Below, in pieces: positions 8,035 through 17,023 of a stretch of 64,000 nucleotides of DNA. Both the position numbers and the translations under genes were made by a program. Position 1 is the first letter of the stretch. The number at the start of each line of letters is the position of its first letter. The notes under the pieces are model-generated. The model did not search any database, had not been told where the DNA came from, and was given only the letters and a program-made list of their open reading frames with translations. The DNA comes from Flavobacteriales bacterium (GTDB taxonomy: Bacteria > Bacteroidota > Bacteroidia > Flavobacteriales_F > PHOS-HE28), in assembly GCA_016788635.1 (NCBI GenBank), contig JAEUSU010000007.1, positions 159,870 through 223,869 of the forward strand, read 5' to 3'.

Positions 8035-11000
8035 TCAGGGCAGGGTGGCCATCCCTTGGGGCATGGCGTTCAGGGTGAAGACGGAGAGCGGCGCGTTGTT
8101 GCTGGCCACGAAGAAGACGGGAGAATGGCCGCTGCGTTGCACGAGCCTCACATCGCGCACATCGTCCCAGGCGAAGAAGCCGCTGCGTGCAATGCTCCAC
8201 GGGGTGAAGTTGCCTCGGCCATCGCCTTCCAGCACCAGACCGGTGCCAGCATCGTAGCGGATGGTCTCCACCTCGGCGCCCCAGTGGTTGCCGGCCACCA
8301 CCAGGTCGGGCTTGCCGTCACCGGTCACGTCATGCACGGCGATGCCCATGATCGGGGCGGCCTGCGCGAGCATGGGCAGGTCTCGGCGCACATAACGGCC
8401 ATTGCCCTGGTTCAGCAGCACACAGCTCATCATGTTGCGCACTTCCAGGTGCAGCGCATTGCCGAGCTTTTCGGGGGTGTAGATCGTTTCCAGGCTCGCG
8501 CGCGCGAAGGCGTCATACGTGGGGAATCGGTCCAGTATCATGGGGCATTGCTGCGAGGAGCATTCGCGTCCGCGCACGGGGTAGCGGATGCCGTCCTGGT
8601 CCTTCGCCAGCACGATGTCCCCGCGCCCGTTGCCATCAAAGTCGTTCCAGTAGAGGTGCAGGGGCTTTTCCGGTGTGCCATGGAACTTGTTGTTCCAGCC
8701 GATGTTGCCGGCTACGAGGTCCTCATCGCCGTCGCCATCCAGATCGGCGGCCACCAGGTTCCACCACCAGCCTTGTGTATCGGTGAGACCGGTGGTTGTG
8801 GTGGCATCGGTGAAGCGGCCGCCCTGGTTGGTGAAAAAGGTGAGGGGCATCCATTCACCGGCGAGCACGAGATCCGGGTCACCATCGCGGTCCATGTCGG
8901 TGAAGCAGACGGCGGTGACCAGTCCGGGTTGCATGAGGCCGGGCGCGTTTTCGGCGGTGGCGTCGGTGAAGCGGCCGGTGCCATCGTTCACCAGCAGGTA
9001 GCTGCGGGGCGCGCGCGGGTACTGCCCGGGGGTTATGCGGCCGCCGATGAAGAGGTCAAGGTCGCCATCGCCGTCAATGTCGGCAGTGGCCGCGCGCAAT
9101 GCGCTGGTCTGCAACGGTGGAAGTGCTTCTTGCGCATGGGTGAAGCGTCCGGCACCTTCATTCCGATAGAGCCGTGCATGGTATTGATCGAAGTAGAGGT
9201 CCACCTCGTTGCTTCCGCTCAGCACGAGCAGGTCCTGGTCACCATCGCCATCCACATCCAGGAAGAGCGAGCCCATGTCTTCGCGGTCCTTGTGCTGCTC
9301 CCAGGGTTGGGAGGGGGCGGGTGCGAAGCGGCCGTCCGCGGTCTGGAGCAACAGTGTTCCCCGCTGGCCACGGGCACCCCCCACGTACACGTCGTCGCGG
9401 CCGTCGCCGTTGGCATCGCCCACGCCGAGCAGTGGTCCGTTGCGCGACTGGCGGTGGGGCAGCAGCACCTCCACGGCGAAGTCATCGTAGGCGTTCTCCG
9501 AGTGCCGCACGTTCGCACCAAGCGCGTCGGCTGCCTGCACGAGCAGCGGCTTGAGCGCAGGCAATGGAGGTGCGGTCGTGGCGCCGTCGCGCTTCACATC
9601 GATCACTTGTCCGGCAGCCACATCACGCAGGGTGCTCACCATTCCACCGGGCCAATGCACCTGCACCTGGTCGGCGCGCGCGTGCGGTCCGAGCCCGAAA
9701 TGCAGGATGCTTTCCACGCGGCTCTGGAAACCGCGCGTGGGTTGCAGCTCCTGCACCTGTGTACCGGCAGGTGTGGTCACGTGCACGCGGGTGAGCATGG
9801 CTTGTGCGCCATCCGATCCCTGCAGCCTAACGCGCAGCCAGTTGCCGCGTCCCTGCTGCACCGCGCGGTTCTCATACACCAAACTGGGCTCGTCAATGTT
9901 GCTGATCACCAGGTCCAGGTCGCCATCGTTGTCCAGGTCGGCGTAGGCGGCGCCGTTGCTGTTCATGGGCTGCGTGAATCCCCATGCCGCGCTGGAATCG
10001 GCAAAGGTCAGCCGCGCGAGGCCGGCGCTGTCGGCGCCCGCATTGCAGAAGAGGTAGTTGCGCAATTTGGTGGCGGGGATAAGCGCGAGGAGCTGGTTGG
10101 CGTCCATCGGTCTGCGCTCGGCGTTCAACTTTTTCAAGGTGTTGCTGAAGTCGTTGTCGCGCATGTCGCGCTTGTAGCCGTTGGTCACCAGCAGGTCCTT
10201 CCAGCCGTCGTTGTCCAGATCGGCGAAGAGGGGCGCCCAGCTCCAATCGGTCTTGCTCACGCCGGCCATCTGGCCCACCTCGCTGAAGGTGCCGTTGCCG
10301 TTGTTGCGTTGCAGGGTGTTGAACATGTACTGGTGGTGGTAGCCGGCCTCCACGGTGGCGTTGAATCGTTTGGGGTCCATGCCGCTCATGTTCTTCTTGC
10401 TGCGCACGTGGTCCGCGCTCACCATATCCAGCACCATGATGTCCATGAGGCCGTCATTGTCGTAGTCTGCCACATCGCATCCCATGCCGAAATTGCTGAT
10501 GTGCCGGGTGCGTTGCAGGACCTCATCGCGGAACCGGCCGGGTGCGTACTGCATGTACATCTTGTCCGGCTCGATGTAGTCGTTGGCCACATAGAGGTCG
10601 GGGCGGCCATCCGCGTCCAGGTCGCTGGTGGCCACGCCCAGTCCGAAGCCCATGGACCACAGGCCGGCTTCTGCGGTGATGTCTGTGAAGCGCACGCCAT
10701 CGTTCCGGTAAAGGCGGCTGCTGGGTGAGCGGCGGCTGCGGATGAGCTCCTGTACCTCCGGTATGGAGAGCGTGGTGCGGCCTTGCAGCGGTGTGTTCAG
10801 CACGAAGAGGTCCAGGTCGTTGTCTCCATCCAGGTCGAAGAAGAGGGCCTGCGTGCTGCGCGTGGTATCGGCGATGCCCAGCGCGGCGGCCTTCTCCAAA
10901 TAGGTCGGCAGCCCGTCCGGCCCGATGCCGGCGCACTCGAAGTACAAGTTCGTGCGGCGCTGCGGTTCCGGCCATCTTCCGGCACGGCACACATAAATGT

Positions 11001-11433
11001 CCAGCAGGCCGTCGTTGTTCACGTCGGCCATGGTCACCCCGGTGTGCCAGCCGTGATCGCCGGTGTGGGGCAGTACACGTTCGGTGACATCCTCGAACTT
11101 CAAGCCGCCGCGGTTCAGGTAGAGCTTGTCGCCCACGGCGCAGCCGGTGAGATAGATGTCCTGCAGTCCGTCGTTGTTCAGATCGCCAATGGCCACGCCG
11201 CCGCCATTGTACATGTATTCGTAGTTGAAGTAGTTCACGTCCTCGTTCTCCACCAGGGCGTTCACGAAGGTGATGCCGCTCTCTTCGGCGGACAGGGCGC
11301 GAAAGAGCGGGCCGGTGGTGGGAGATCCCGCTTCAGTTGGTGGGCTGTCTGAACTACAGGCGGCCATTCCAAGTGCCAGCAGCACGGACGCGCAAAGCGC
11401 TGGTCGGAAAGGGTGCGAAGTGGCGTATTTCAT
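8035..11433 (-). CDS. VCBS/FG-GAP repeat + UnbV_ASPIC (CRTAC1-family) lipoprotein, tandem paralog
   Basis: Lipobox MAAC. It is collinear with the 4666-8028 product, sharing long strings such as LQRNNGNGTFSEVGQ.AG...TDWSWAPLFADLDNDGWKDLLVTNG and RGRECSSQQCP. Confidence 0.8.
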   Translation of the reverse strand: MKYATSHPFRPALCASVLLALGMAACSSDSPPTEAGSPTTGPLFRALSAEESGITFVNALVENEDVNYFNYEYMYNGGGVAIGDLNNDGLQDIYLTGCAVGDKLYLNRGGLKFEDVTERVLPHTGDHGWHTGVTMADVNNDGLLDIYVCRAGRWPEPQRRTNLYFECAGIGPDGLPTYLEKAAALGIADTTRSTQALFFDLDGDNDLDLFVLNTPLQGRTTLSIPEVQELIRSRRSPSSRLYRNDGVRFTDITAEAGLWSMGFGLGVATSDLDADGRPDLYVANDYIEPDKMYMQYAPGRFRDEVLQRTRHISNFGMGCDVADYDNDGLMDIMVLDMVSADHVRSKKNMSGMDPKRFNATVEAGYHHQYMFNTLQRNNGNGTFSEVGQMAGVSKTDWSWAPLFADLDNDGWKDLLVTNGYKRDMRDNDFSNTLKKLNAERRPMDANQLLALIPATKLRNYLFCNAGADSAGLARLTFADSSAAWGFTQPMNSNGAAYADLDNDGDLDLVISNIDEPSLVYENRAVQQGRGNWLRVRLQGSDGAQAMLTRVHVTTPAGTQVQELQPTRGFQSRVESILHFGLGPHARADQVQVHWPGGMVSTLRDVAAGQVIDVKRDGATTAPPLPALKPLLVQAADALGANVRHSENAYDDFAVEVLLPHRQSRNGPLLGVGDANGDGRDDVYVGGARGQRGTLLLQTADGRFAPAPSQPWEQHKDREDMGSLFLDVDGDGDQDLLVLSGSNEVDLYFDQYHARLYRNEGAGRFTHAQEALPPLQTSALRAATADIDGDGDLDLFIGGRITPGQYPRAPRSYLLVNDGTGRFTDATAENAPGLMQPGLVTAVCFTDMDRDGDPDLVLAGEWMPLTFFTNQGGRFTDATTTTGLTDTQGWWWNLVAADLDGDGDEDLVAGNIGWNNKFHGTPEKPLHLYWNDFDGNGRGDIVLAKDQDGIRYPVRGRECSSQQCPMILDRFPTYDAFARASLETIYTPEKLGNALHLEVRNMMSCVLLNQGNGRYVRRDLPMLAQAAPIMGIAVHDVTGDGKPDLVVAGNHWGAEVETIRYDAGTGLVLEGDGRGNFTPWSIARSGFFAWDDVRDVRLVQRSGHSPVFFVASNNAPLSVFTLNAMPQGMATLP

Positions 11434-11464
11434 CCACGCGCAAAGTAAACCGCCAGCGCATGCT

Positions 11465-12691
11465 TCAGCGCACCAGTTCGTCGAAGAAGGTGATGCCGTT
11501 CTCGTTGTTCACGCTGATGCGCGGGATGTCATCGTAGATGCTCACCTTGCCGGTGACGCACACGCGCTTGTCCACCAGGTAGGTCTCGGGGTCGTAGCTG
11601 AAGTTGGGGCCGTTGTACTCCCAGATGGTGGCATAGAAATCCTGATGCGGATGCTGGCGATCGAAGTTGAGGTAGATGGCTTTCGCCTTCGCGGTCTTGC
11701 GGGAGCTCACCACGGTGCCGCACACGGTGACGGTCTTGCCCACGTGGTACTTGGCCTGCACGGTGTTGAATAGACCTTTGGGCAGCGGGGCCTTCAGCGG
11801 CTCCACCTCCTTGAAGAAGGGGTCGCCGGGGCCGTACCAGCTCTTGGGGTCGCGCATGGACTCGATGCGGGCCTCGATCTCATCGTCCAGTGCGTGAAAG
11901 AAGTCGAGGCCGGTGAGCTTCTCCACACTGTCAATGGGCACCGCGTAGCTGATCGTGGGGTTCTCATTCGCGCCGTTGCGCATCACGAAGGCGATGCCCT
12001 TCTTCTCCGGACCGTCCAGGTCGGCGACCACCTTGTAGAAGAGGCGCGGGATGCTGACCTCGTTCACGTGACCGGGGTTGTTCAATTTGGGCAGATCGGT
12101 TTCCAGCACGGGCCCGGTGACCACGTAGAGCCGGCGTCCGGTGTAGGTCACCGATCGGCGCACCCAATCCTCCAGGTCGGCCCAGCTTTCGCGGTTGAGC
12201 TCAGGCAGCTGCGGGCTCACGTTGCTGTAGTAATAGGTGGGATAGAGGGCCTCGTAAGTCCAGCGCATGTCGGCGCTGGGCACCAGATGCCCGCGGTCGT
12301 ACCCGCTGTTCCAATAGTCGGCGGTCACGGCCGTGCCGGTGGGTACCAGGGGGTCCACTTTGAAACTGTCGATGCGGGCCAGCCCACCGGTGGCCACTTC
12401 GGGTGTTACGATGTGTGCCGTCCATAGGGCCTGCTCATGCGCTTCACTGTATACCAATGCGTGTGCGGCATGTTGGACCACCACTTCACCATCACGCAAG
12501 GCCGGCCATCCCCAGCGCTTCAGGTCATCACGTAGCACGTCCATCTTCAACCGGTCGATGCGCGTCTGCACCTCGCTGCGCTGCCTTTCCAACTCACGGG
12601 CCTGGTCGAGCAATTTTTGCAGCTCCTCATGTTGGCTGCGCGTGGAAAGGACAAGAAAGGAGGCGGCCAGCAGGTGCCAGGTGCGATGCAT
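11465..12691 (-). CDS. secreted DNA/RNA non-specific endonuclease (NUC/EndoG family) with C-terminal OB-like domain
   Basis: It has a signal peptide, a DRGHLVPSADM active-site motif followed by NVSPQ, and a beta-rich C-terminal extension. Confidence 0.75.
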   Translation of the reverse strand: MHRTWHLLAASFLVLSTRSQHEELQKLLDQARELERQRSEVQTRIDRLKMDVLRDDLKRWGWPALRDGEVVVQHAAHALVYSEAHEQALWTAHIVTPEVATGGLARIDSFKVDPLVPTGTAVTADYWNSGYDRGHLVPSADMRWTYEALYPTYYYSNVSPQLPELNRESWADLEDWVRRSVTYTGRRLYVVTGPVLETDLPKLNNPGHVNEVSIPRLFYKVVADLDGPEKKGIAFVMRNGANENPTISYAVPIDSVEKLTGLDFFHALDDEIEARIESMRDPKSWYGPGDPFFKEVEPLKAPLPKGLFNTVQAKYHVGKTVTVCGTVVSSRKTAKAKAIYLNFDRQHPHQDFYATIWEYNGPNFSYDPETYLVDKRVCVTGKVSIYDDIPRISVNNENGITFFDELVR

Positions 12692-12709
12692 GGGGCTAAA
12701 GTAGCCGCC

Positions 12710-13783
12710 TCAGCGTGGGAGGCGGGTGGCCAGCTCCTGCAAGGCCTGTTCCAACAGATCGTGGCCGGGTGTGGCTGGCTTGGGTGCAGCTGGGGGCGCG
12801 GCCAGCACGGCCGCCACATCCACGTGCCGCTGGTCCTGCACCACGAAGCGGCCTGAGCTTCGGTGCAGGCGGCCGAGGTATTCCTGTTCGGCCTGGCCGG
12901 GTGTGGGCACCACCAACGCACTGCGGCCCAGGATGGCCAGGTCCATGAGCGTGGTGTAGCCCGTGCGGCTCACGATCAGGCGTGCGCCGATCAGGGCATC
13001 ACGCAAGGCGTCGGCTTTCATGTGGCTCACGCGGCGCAGGTAACCCACCCAGCGGTCCTCCAACTTTTCGGGCTGGCCGAGCACCAGCAGGTGGCGGCCG
13101 CGCAGTTCGCTCAACTGGTCCATCAGGGCCTTCTCCAGCACGGTGCGTTGTGGTTCAGGACCGCTGATCACGGCCACCACATCATAACGATCCTCAGGTG
13201 CATGCACATCGTCCGGTGCAAAGCGGCTCATGGGCCCGATGTAGCGCGCATTGGCCGGCATGGGAGCCCCGTGGCTCAGTTCACCTGCAAGGCCCGGCGC
13301 TTCCGCCTCATCGGCCACCCAGCAGCGGTCGAAACGTTCGATCTGCTTGATGTTCAACCGGCGCAGCAGGCCTTGTGCGAATGGCGTGAAGGGGAATACC
13401 TGGTGGGTGATGATGACACTGGGCACCTCCGCTGTGCGTATGCCAAAGCGTTGATCGCTGATCACGGCATCGAAGCGCCGCACCTCGTGCAGCTTCAGGA
13501 ACAGTTCCTGCTCCTCCTTCACGGAGCGCACCATGGCCGGCATCTGGCTCAGCATGGACCAGAACTGCGAGCGGCCCCGGCTGTAGTGCACGTCCACACC
13601 CGGTATGCGCGCCCATTCCAGCTCGGGGAACTCGCCACGCAGCATGGCCAGCGGGCCGCGGTCGGCGCCCACCACGGGGCGGGCACCCAGGGCCAGCAGC
13701 CGACGGATGATGGGCACGCAGCGGGTGCCATGCCCCAGCCCCCAATCCAGCGGGGCCACCAGGATGCGTGCGCCGTTGAACAT
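12710..13783 (-). CDS. glycosyltransferase (GT28/MurG-like, UDP-glycosyltransferase fold)
   Basis: The N-terminus LVAPLDWGLGHGTRCVPIIRRL and the C-terminal VSRTGYTTLMD...PTPGQAEQEYL are typical of GT-B MGT/GT28-like enzymes. Confidence 0.6.
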   Translation of the reverse strand: MFNGARILVAPLDWGLGHGTRCVPIIRRLLALGARPVVGADRGPLAMLRGEFPELEWARIPGVDVHYSRGRSQFWSMLSQMPAMVRSVKEEQELFLKLHEVRRFDAVISDQRFGIRTAEVPSVIITHQVFPFTPFAQGLLRRLNIKQIERFDRCWVADEAEAPGLAGELSHGAPMPANARYIGPMSRFAPDDVHAPEDRYDVVAVISGPEPQRTVLEKALMDQLSELRGRHLLVLGQPEKLEDRWVGYLRRVSHMKADALRDALIGARLIVSRTGYTTLMDLAILGRSALVVPTPGQAEQEYLGRLHRSSGRFVVQDQRHVDVAAVLAAPPAAPKPATPGHDLLEQALQELATRLPR

Positions 13784-13901
13784 CGGGTCAAAAGTGCGCA
13801 GCGAAGTCTCACCCCTGCGTTAAGGGTATGCAAGATCACACGCCGTTCTCCACGATCGTCAACGGCTATTTTCGCCGGCCCGTTCAACGCCAGGGTCCAT
13901 C

Positions 13902-14579
13902 GTGGGAAAGAACAAGCTCGCCCGTTTTGCCGAGAACGCCACGTTCGCACACGTGGTGCAACCCACCTTCGAGGAACTGATGCAGGGCGGACTGCCTTTG
14001 CGGGGAAGATGGAAGAGCGCCTTCTTCCACCGGGAAGCGCCGCTCGTGCTGGAACTGGGTTGTGGGCGGGGGGAGTACACTGTGGGCCTCGCGCGCCTGC
14101 ATCCGCAGCGGAACTACATCGGCGTGGACATCAAGGGGGCGCGCTTGTGGCGCGGGGCGCGCATCGCCAGGGAGGAGGGGCTCACGAACGTGGGTTTTCT
14201 GCGCACGCACGTGGACCACATCACCCATTGCTTCGGGCCGGCAGAGGTGGACGAGATCTGGCTCACCTTCAGCGATCCGCAATTGGAGAAACCCCGCAAG
14301 CGCCTCACGAGCCCCCTGTTCCTGGCGCGCTACAGGGAGATCCTCAAGCCCGGCGGCCTCATCCACTTGAAGACCGACAGCCCTGTGCTGTTCGAATACA
14401 CCCTGGAGATGATCGCGGAGCACAAGCTGCCGGTGTTGGAGCAAAGTGCGAACGTGTACGCCGACCTGGTGAACAGGGTGTCCGCAGCGGAGCAGGCCGT
14501 GCTGAACATCCGCACGTACTACGAAAGCATGTGGTTGGAGGAGGGGAGGACGATCCATTACGTGCGCTTTGGGTTTTGA
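13902..14579 (+). CDS. trmB: tRNA (guanine46-N7)-methyltransferase
   Basis: GTG start. It has the LELGCGRGEYTVGLA SAM motif, NYIGVDIKGARLW and FSDPQLEKPRKRL. Confidence 0.85.
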   Translation: MGKNKLARFAENATFAHVVQPTFEELMQGGLPLRGRWKSAFFHREAPLVLELGCGRGEYTVGLARLHPQRNYIGVDIKGARLWRGARIAREEGLTNVGFLRTHVDHITHCFGPAEVDEIWLTFSDPQLEKPRKRLTSPLFLARYREILKPGGLIHLKTDSPVLFEYTLEMIAEHKLPVLEQSANVYADLVNRVSAAEQAVLNIRTYYESMWLEEGRTIHYVRFGF

Positions 14580-14673
14580 GGCCGGCAGTGCCGCAGTGGT
14601 CGCTCGCGGTCCGACTTGCATTCCTTTGTGGTCTCTGTGTCGCTGAGGTGTTCTTGCTTCCCCTCATTGCCTC

Positions 14674-15033
14674 ATGTCCAAACGCCAGGTCATCAACGGA
14701 GCCATCCAACAGCGGGACTTCTTCGCCGACGTGATGGACGTGGTGCGACAGATCCCCCAAGGCCGGGTGACGAGCTATGGTGCCATCGCGAAATACCTGG
14801 GCGCGGCGCGCAGCAGCCGCATCGTGGGCTATTGCATGAACAACAGCCACGTGGTGAAGCCCCCCGTTCCCGCTCACCGCGTGGTGAACCGCAATGGCCT
14901 GCTCACCGGCAAGCATCACTTCCCCGCCCCTGAACGCATGCAGGAACTGCTGGAGGCGGAAGGGGTGAAGGTGAAGAATGACCAGGTAATGGACTTCGCC
15001 CGCCGATTCTGGGACCCGGCGCTGGAGTTGTAG
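14674..15033 (+). CDS. alkyltransferase-like (ATL) protein, MGMT DNA-binding domain without the acceptor cysteine
   Basis: It has the MGMT helix-turn-helix (GRVTSYGAIAKYLG), but the active-site PCHRV is PAHRV here. Confidence 0.75.
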   Translation: MSKRQVINGAIQQRDFFADVMDVVRQIPQGRVTSYGAIAKYLGAARSSRIVGYCMNNSHVVKPPVPAHRVVNRNGLLTGKHHFPAPERMQELLEAEGVKVKNDQVMDFARRFWDPALEL

Positions 15034-15039
15034 GCCACC

Positions 15040-15068
15040 CGCTGCGCCATGTTCGCAGCGCTTTCGTT
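15040..15068 (+). terminator. possible terminator hairpin after the ATL gene
   Basis: A 7-bp stem (cgctgcg / cgcagcg) with a 7-nt loop is followed by CTTTCGTT. Confidence 0.35.
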
Positions 15069-15074
15069 ACCTTC

Positions 15075-15545
15075 ATGCCCGAAGCCTTCGCCATGACGAT
15101 CGAGATCATCCTGGACGATGCCGATGTGACCATCGATGTGCATCCCGGCCAGCGCTTGGTGCGCCTGGCATGGAAGCGCGCCGTGCCCGGTCCGGTGTAT
15201 CGGGAGGTGCTCCTCACCCTGCTTGAAGTGGTTCGGCAACGCAACCTGAAGCTCTGGTTGAGCGATGGCCGCAGGATGGGCCCCATTCTTTATGACGACC
15301 AGGTGTGGACCATGAAGGAGTACACCCCGCAGGTGCTTCAGGCGGGTTTGGAGCGCATCGCCATCGTGAACAGCGAGGACGTGATGAACCAGCTGGCCGT
15401 GGACCGCATGGTGAACGCCACCCCTGCGGACGCGCCCTATGAGATCGCCTTCTTCCAGGATCCCGCCATCGGGCAGTTGTGGTTGATGGATCCCCGGCGC
15501 TCCGGGCCCAAGGTGGAGACTCCCAAGGAGGAACAGCGCTCCTGA
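15075..15545 (+). CDS. hypothetical protein
   Basis: This 156-aa ORF has coding-like composition. I recognise no confident family. Confidence 0.45.
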   Translation: MPEAFAMTIEIILDDADVTIDVHPGQRLVRLAWKRAVPGPVYREVLLTLLEVVRQRNLKLWLSDGRRMGPILYDDQVWTMKEYTPQVLQAGLERIAIVNSEDVMNQLAVDRMVNATPADAPYEIAFFQDPAIGQLWLMDPRRSGPKVETPKEEQRS

Positions 15546-15567
15546 ACCCTTCGGTGCACGGCGGCGC

Positions 15568-15575
15568 TAGCTTTG
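15568..15575 (+). promoter_or_regulatory. Bacteroidota -7 promoter box (TAGCTTTG)
   Basis: This is an exact match, 8 nt upstream of the apbC/mrp ATG (15584). Confidence 0.45.
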
Positions 15576-15583
15576 CACCCCCC

Positions 15584-16666
15584 ATGAGCATCTCCAGGGA
15601 CGCCGTCCTCTCCGCCCTTTCCCGCATCATCGAGCCCGACCTCAAGAAGGATATCGTGACGCTCGACCTGGTGCGCGACATTTCCATTGAAGGCAGCACC
15701 GTGCGTGTGCATGTGGAAGTGAGCAACCCGGCCATGCACAGCCGCAAGCGCATGGAGGAGGCCGTTGCCTTCCACCTGAAACAGGTGCTTGGCCCTGAAG
15801 TGTCCGCGATCGCCAATGTGACCCCGTTGAGCGGCGAGCGTGGCAACCTGCGCAAGGTGCTGCCCGGTGTGAAGCACATTGTGGCCATCGCCAGCGGCAA
15901 GGGCGGCGTAGGCAAGAGCACCATCACCGCCAACCTCGCCGCCGGCCTGGCCGCGCGCGGCCTGAAGGTGGGCCTGGTGGACGCCGACATCTACGGACCC
16001 AGCATGCCGTTGATGTTCGATGTGGTGCACGAGAAGCCGGCCACGCGCGAGAAGGACGGCAAGCATTGGATCGTGCCGGTGGAGAGCTACGGCGTGAAGC
16101 TCCTCAGCATCGGCTTCTTCGCGCAGACCGACCAGGCCATCGCGTGGCGCGGACCCATGGCCACCAAGGCCCTGGAGCAGCTGATCAAGGATGCGGACTG
16201 GGGCGAGCTGGACGTATTGCTCGTGGACCTGCCGCCCGGCACTGGTGACATCCATCTCTCGCTCGTGCAGGCTGTTCCGCTTACCGGTGCCATCATTGTG
16301 AGCACGCCGCAGAACGTGGCGCTGATCGATGCCCGCAAGGGTGTGGGCCTCTTTCGCCTGCCCAGCGTGAACGTGCCCGTGCTCGGCATCGTGGAGAACA
16401 TGGCCTGGTTCACCCCGGCCGAGCTGCCGGAGAACAGGTACTACATCTTCGGTAAAAGCGGTGCGCGCGCTCTTGCCGGGGAATTGGACGTGCCCTTCCT
16501 GGCCGAAGTGCCGCTGGTGCAGAGCATCCGCGAGGCCGGTGATGTGGGCCGCCCGGCCGTGCTGCAGGGTGATACCCCTGCTGCCAGCGCTTTTGCCGAC
16601 CTTTGCGCCGCCTTCCAGCAGCGGCTGTCCGTACTGGAGAAGGCGTCAACGTCCGTTACCGCCTGA
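15584..16666 (+). CDS. apbC: Mrp/ApbC/NBP35-type Fe-S cluster carrier ATPase
   Basis: It has an N-terminal DUF59-like segment (IIEPDLKKDIVTLDLV), a deviant Walker A (IASGKGGVGKST) and the DLPPGTGD motif. The start was moved to MSISRD, which lies 8 nt after a TAGCTTTG box. Confidence 0.85.
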   Translation: MSISRDAVLSALSRIIEPDLKKDIVTLDLVRDISIEGSTVRVHVEVSNPAMHSRKRMEEAVAFHLKQVLGPEVSAIANVTPLSGERGNLRKVLPGVKHIVAIASGKGGVGKSTITANLAAGLAARGLKVGLVDADIYGPSMPLMFDVVHEKPATREKDGKHWIVPVESYGVKLLSIGFFAQTDQAIAWRGPMATKALEQLIKDADWGELDVLLVDLPPGTGDIHLSLVQAVPLTGAIIVSTPQNVALIDARKGVGLFRLPSVNVPVLGIVENMAWFTPAELPENRYYIFGKSGARALAGELDVPFLAEVPLVQSIREAGDVGRPAVLQGDTPAASAFADLCAAFQQRLSVLEKASTSVTA

Positions 16667-16668
16667 CC

Positions 16669-16923
16669 ATGGACCCGAAGGAAACGATCGAACGCATCGA
16701 GGCCGCCCTGGCCGACCTGCGGCCCTTCCTCGCAGCGGATGGCGGTGACATCACCCTGGAGGAGGTGACCACTGATGGCATCGCGCGCGTGCGCCTGCAT
16801 GGGGCCTGCACCAACTGCGCCATGAGCCCCATGACCATGAAGGCCGGAGTGGAGGATGCCATCAAGCGCGCCGTGCCCCAGATCAAGGCCGTTGAAGCGG
16901 TGAACATCGGTGTGGTGGCCTAG
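16669..16923 (+). CDS. NifU-like Fe-S scaffold domain protein
   Basis: LRPFLAADGGDITLEEV...LHGACTNCAMS matches the NifU C-terminal CxxC domain. The start was trimmed to MDPKETIERI. Confidence 0.8.
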   Translation: MDPKETIERIEAALADLRPFLAADGGDITLEEVTTDGIARVRLHGACTNCAMSPMTMKAGVEDAIKRAVPQIKAVEAVNIGVVA

Positions 16924-17000
16924 CCCCTGAACTTCCCGGTCCATCCGTTGTTCCTTCCGGAAGCCGTGACCCACGTCACACCCACCGTGCACCCCTCGGC

Positions 17001-17008
17001 TACCTTTG
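17001..17008 (+). promoter_or_regulatory. Bacteroidota -7 promoter box (TACCTTTG)
   Basis: This is an exact match, 15 nt upstream of the korA ATG (17024). Confidence 0.45.
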
Positions 17009-17023
17009 CCGCGTAATTCCAAC

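Noticed and set aside
6337-10728. Very long + strand ORFs (565 aa at 6337-8034 and 890 aa at 8056-10728) lie antisense to the two VCBS/CRTAC1-like genes.
   Set aside because: Their products are low-complexity and rich in Ala, Gly, Val, His and Arg, with no motifs. They mirror well-supported genes on the other strand. Stop codons are rare antisense to GC-rich coding DNA, so these are artefacts.
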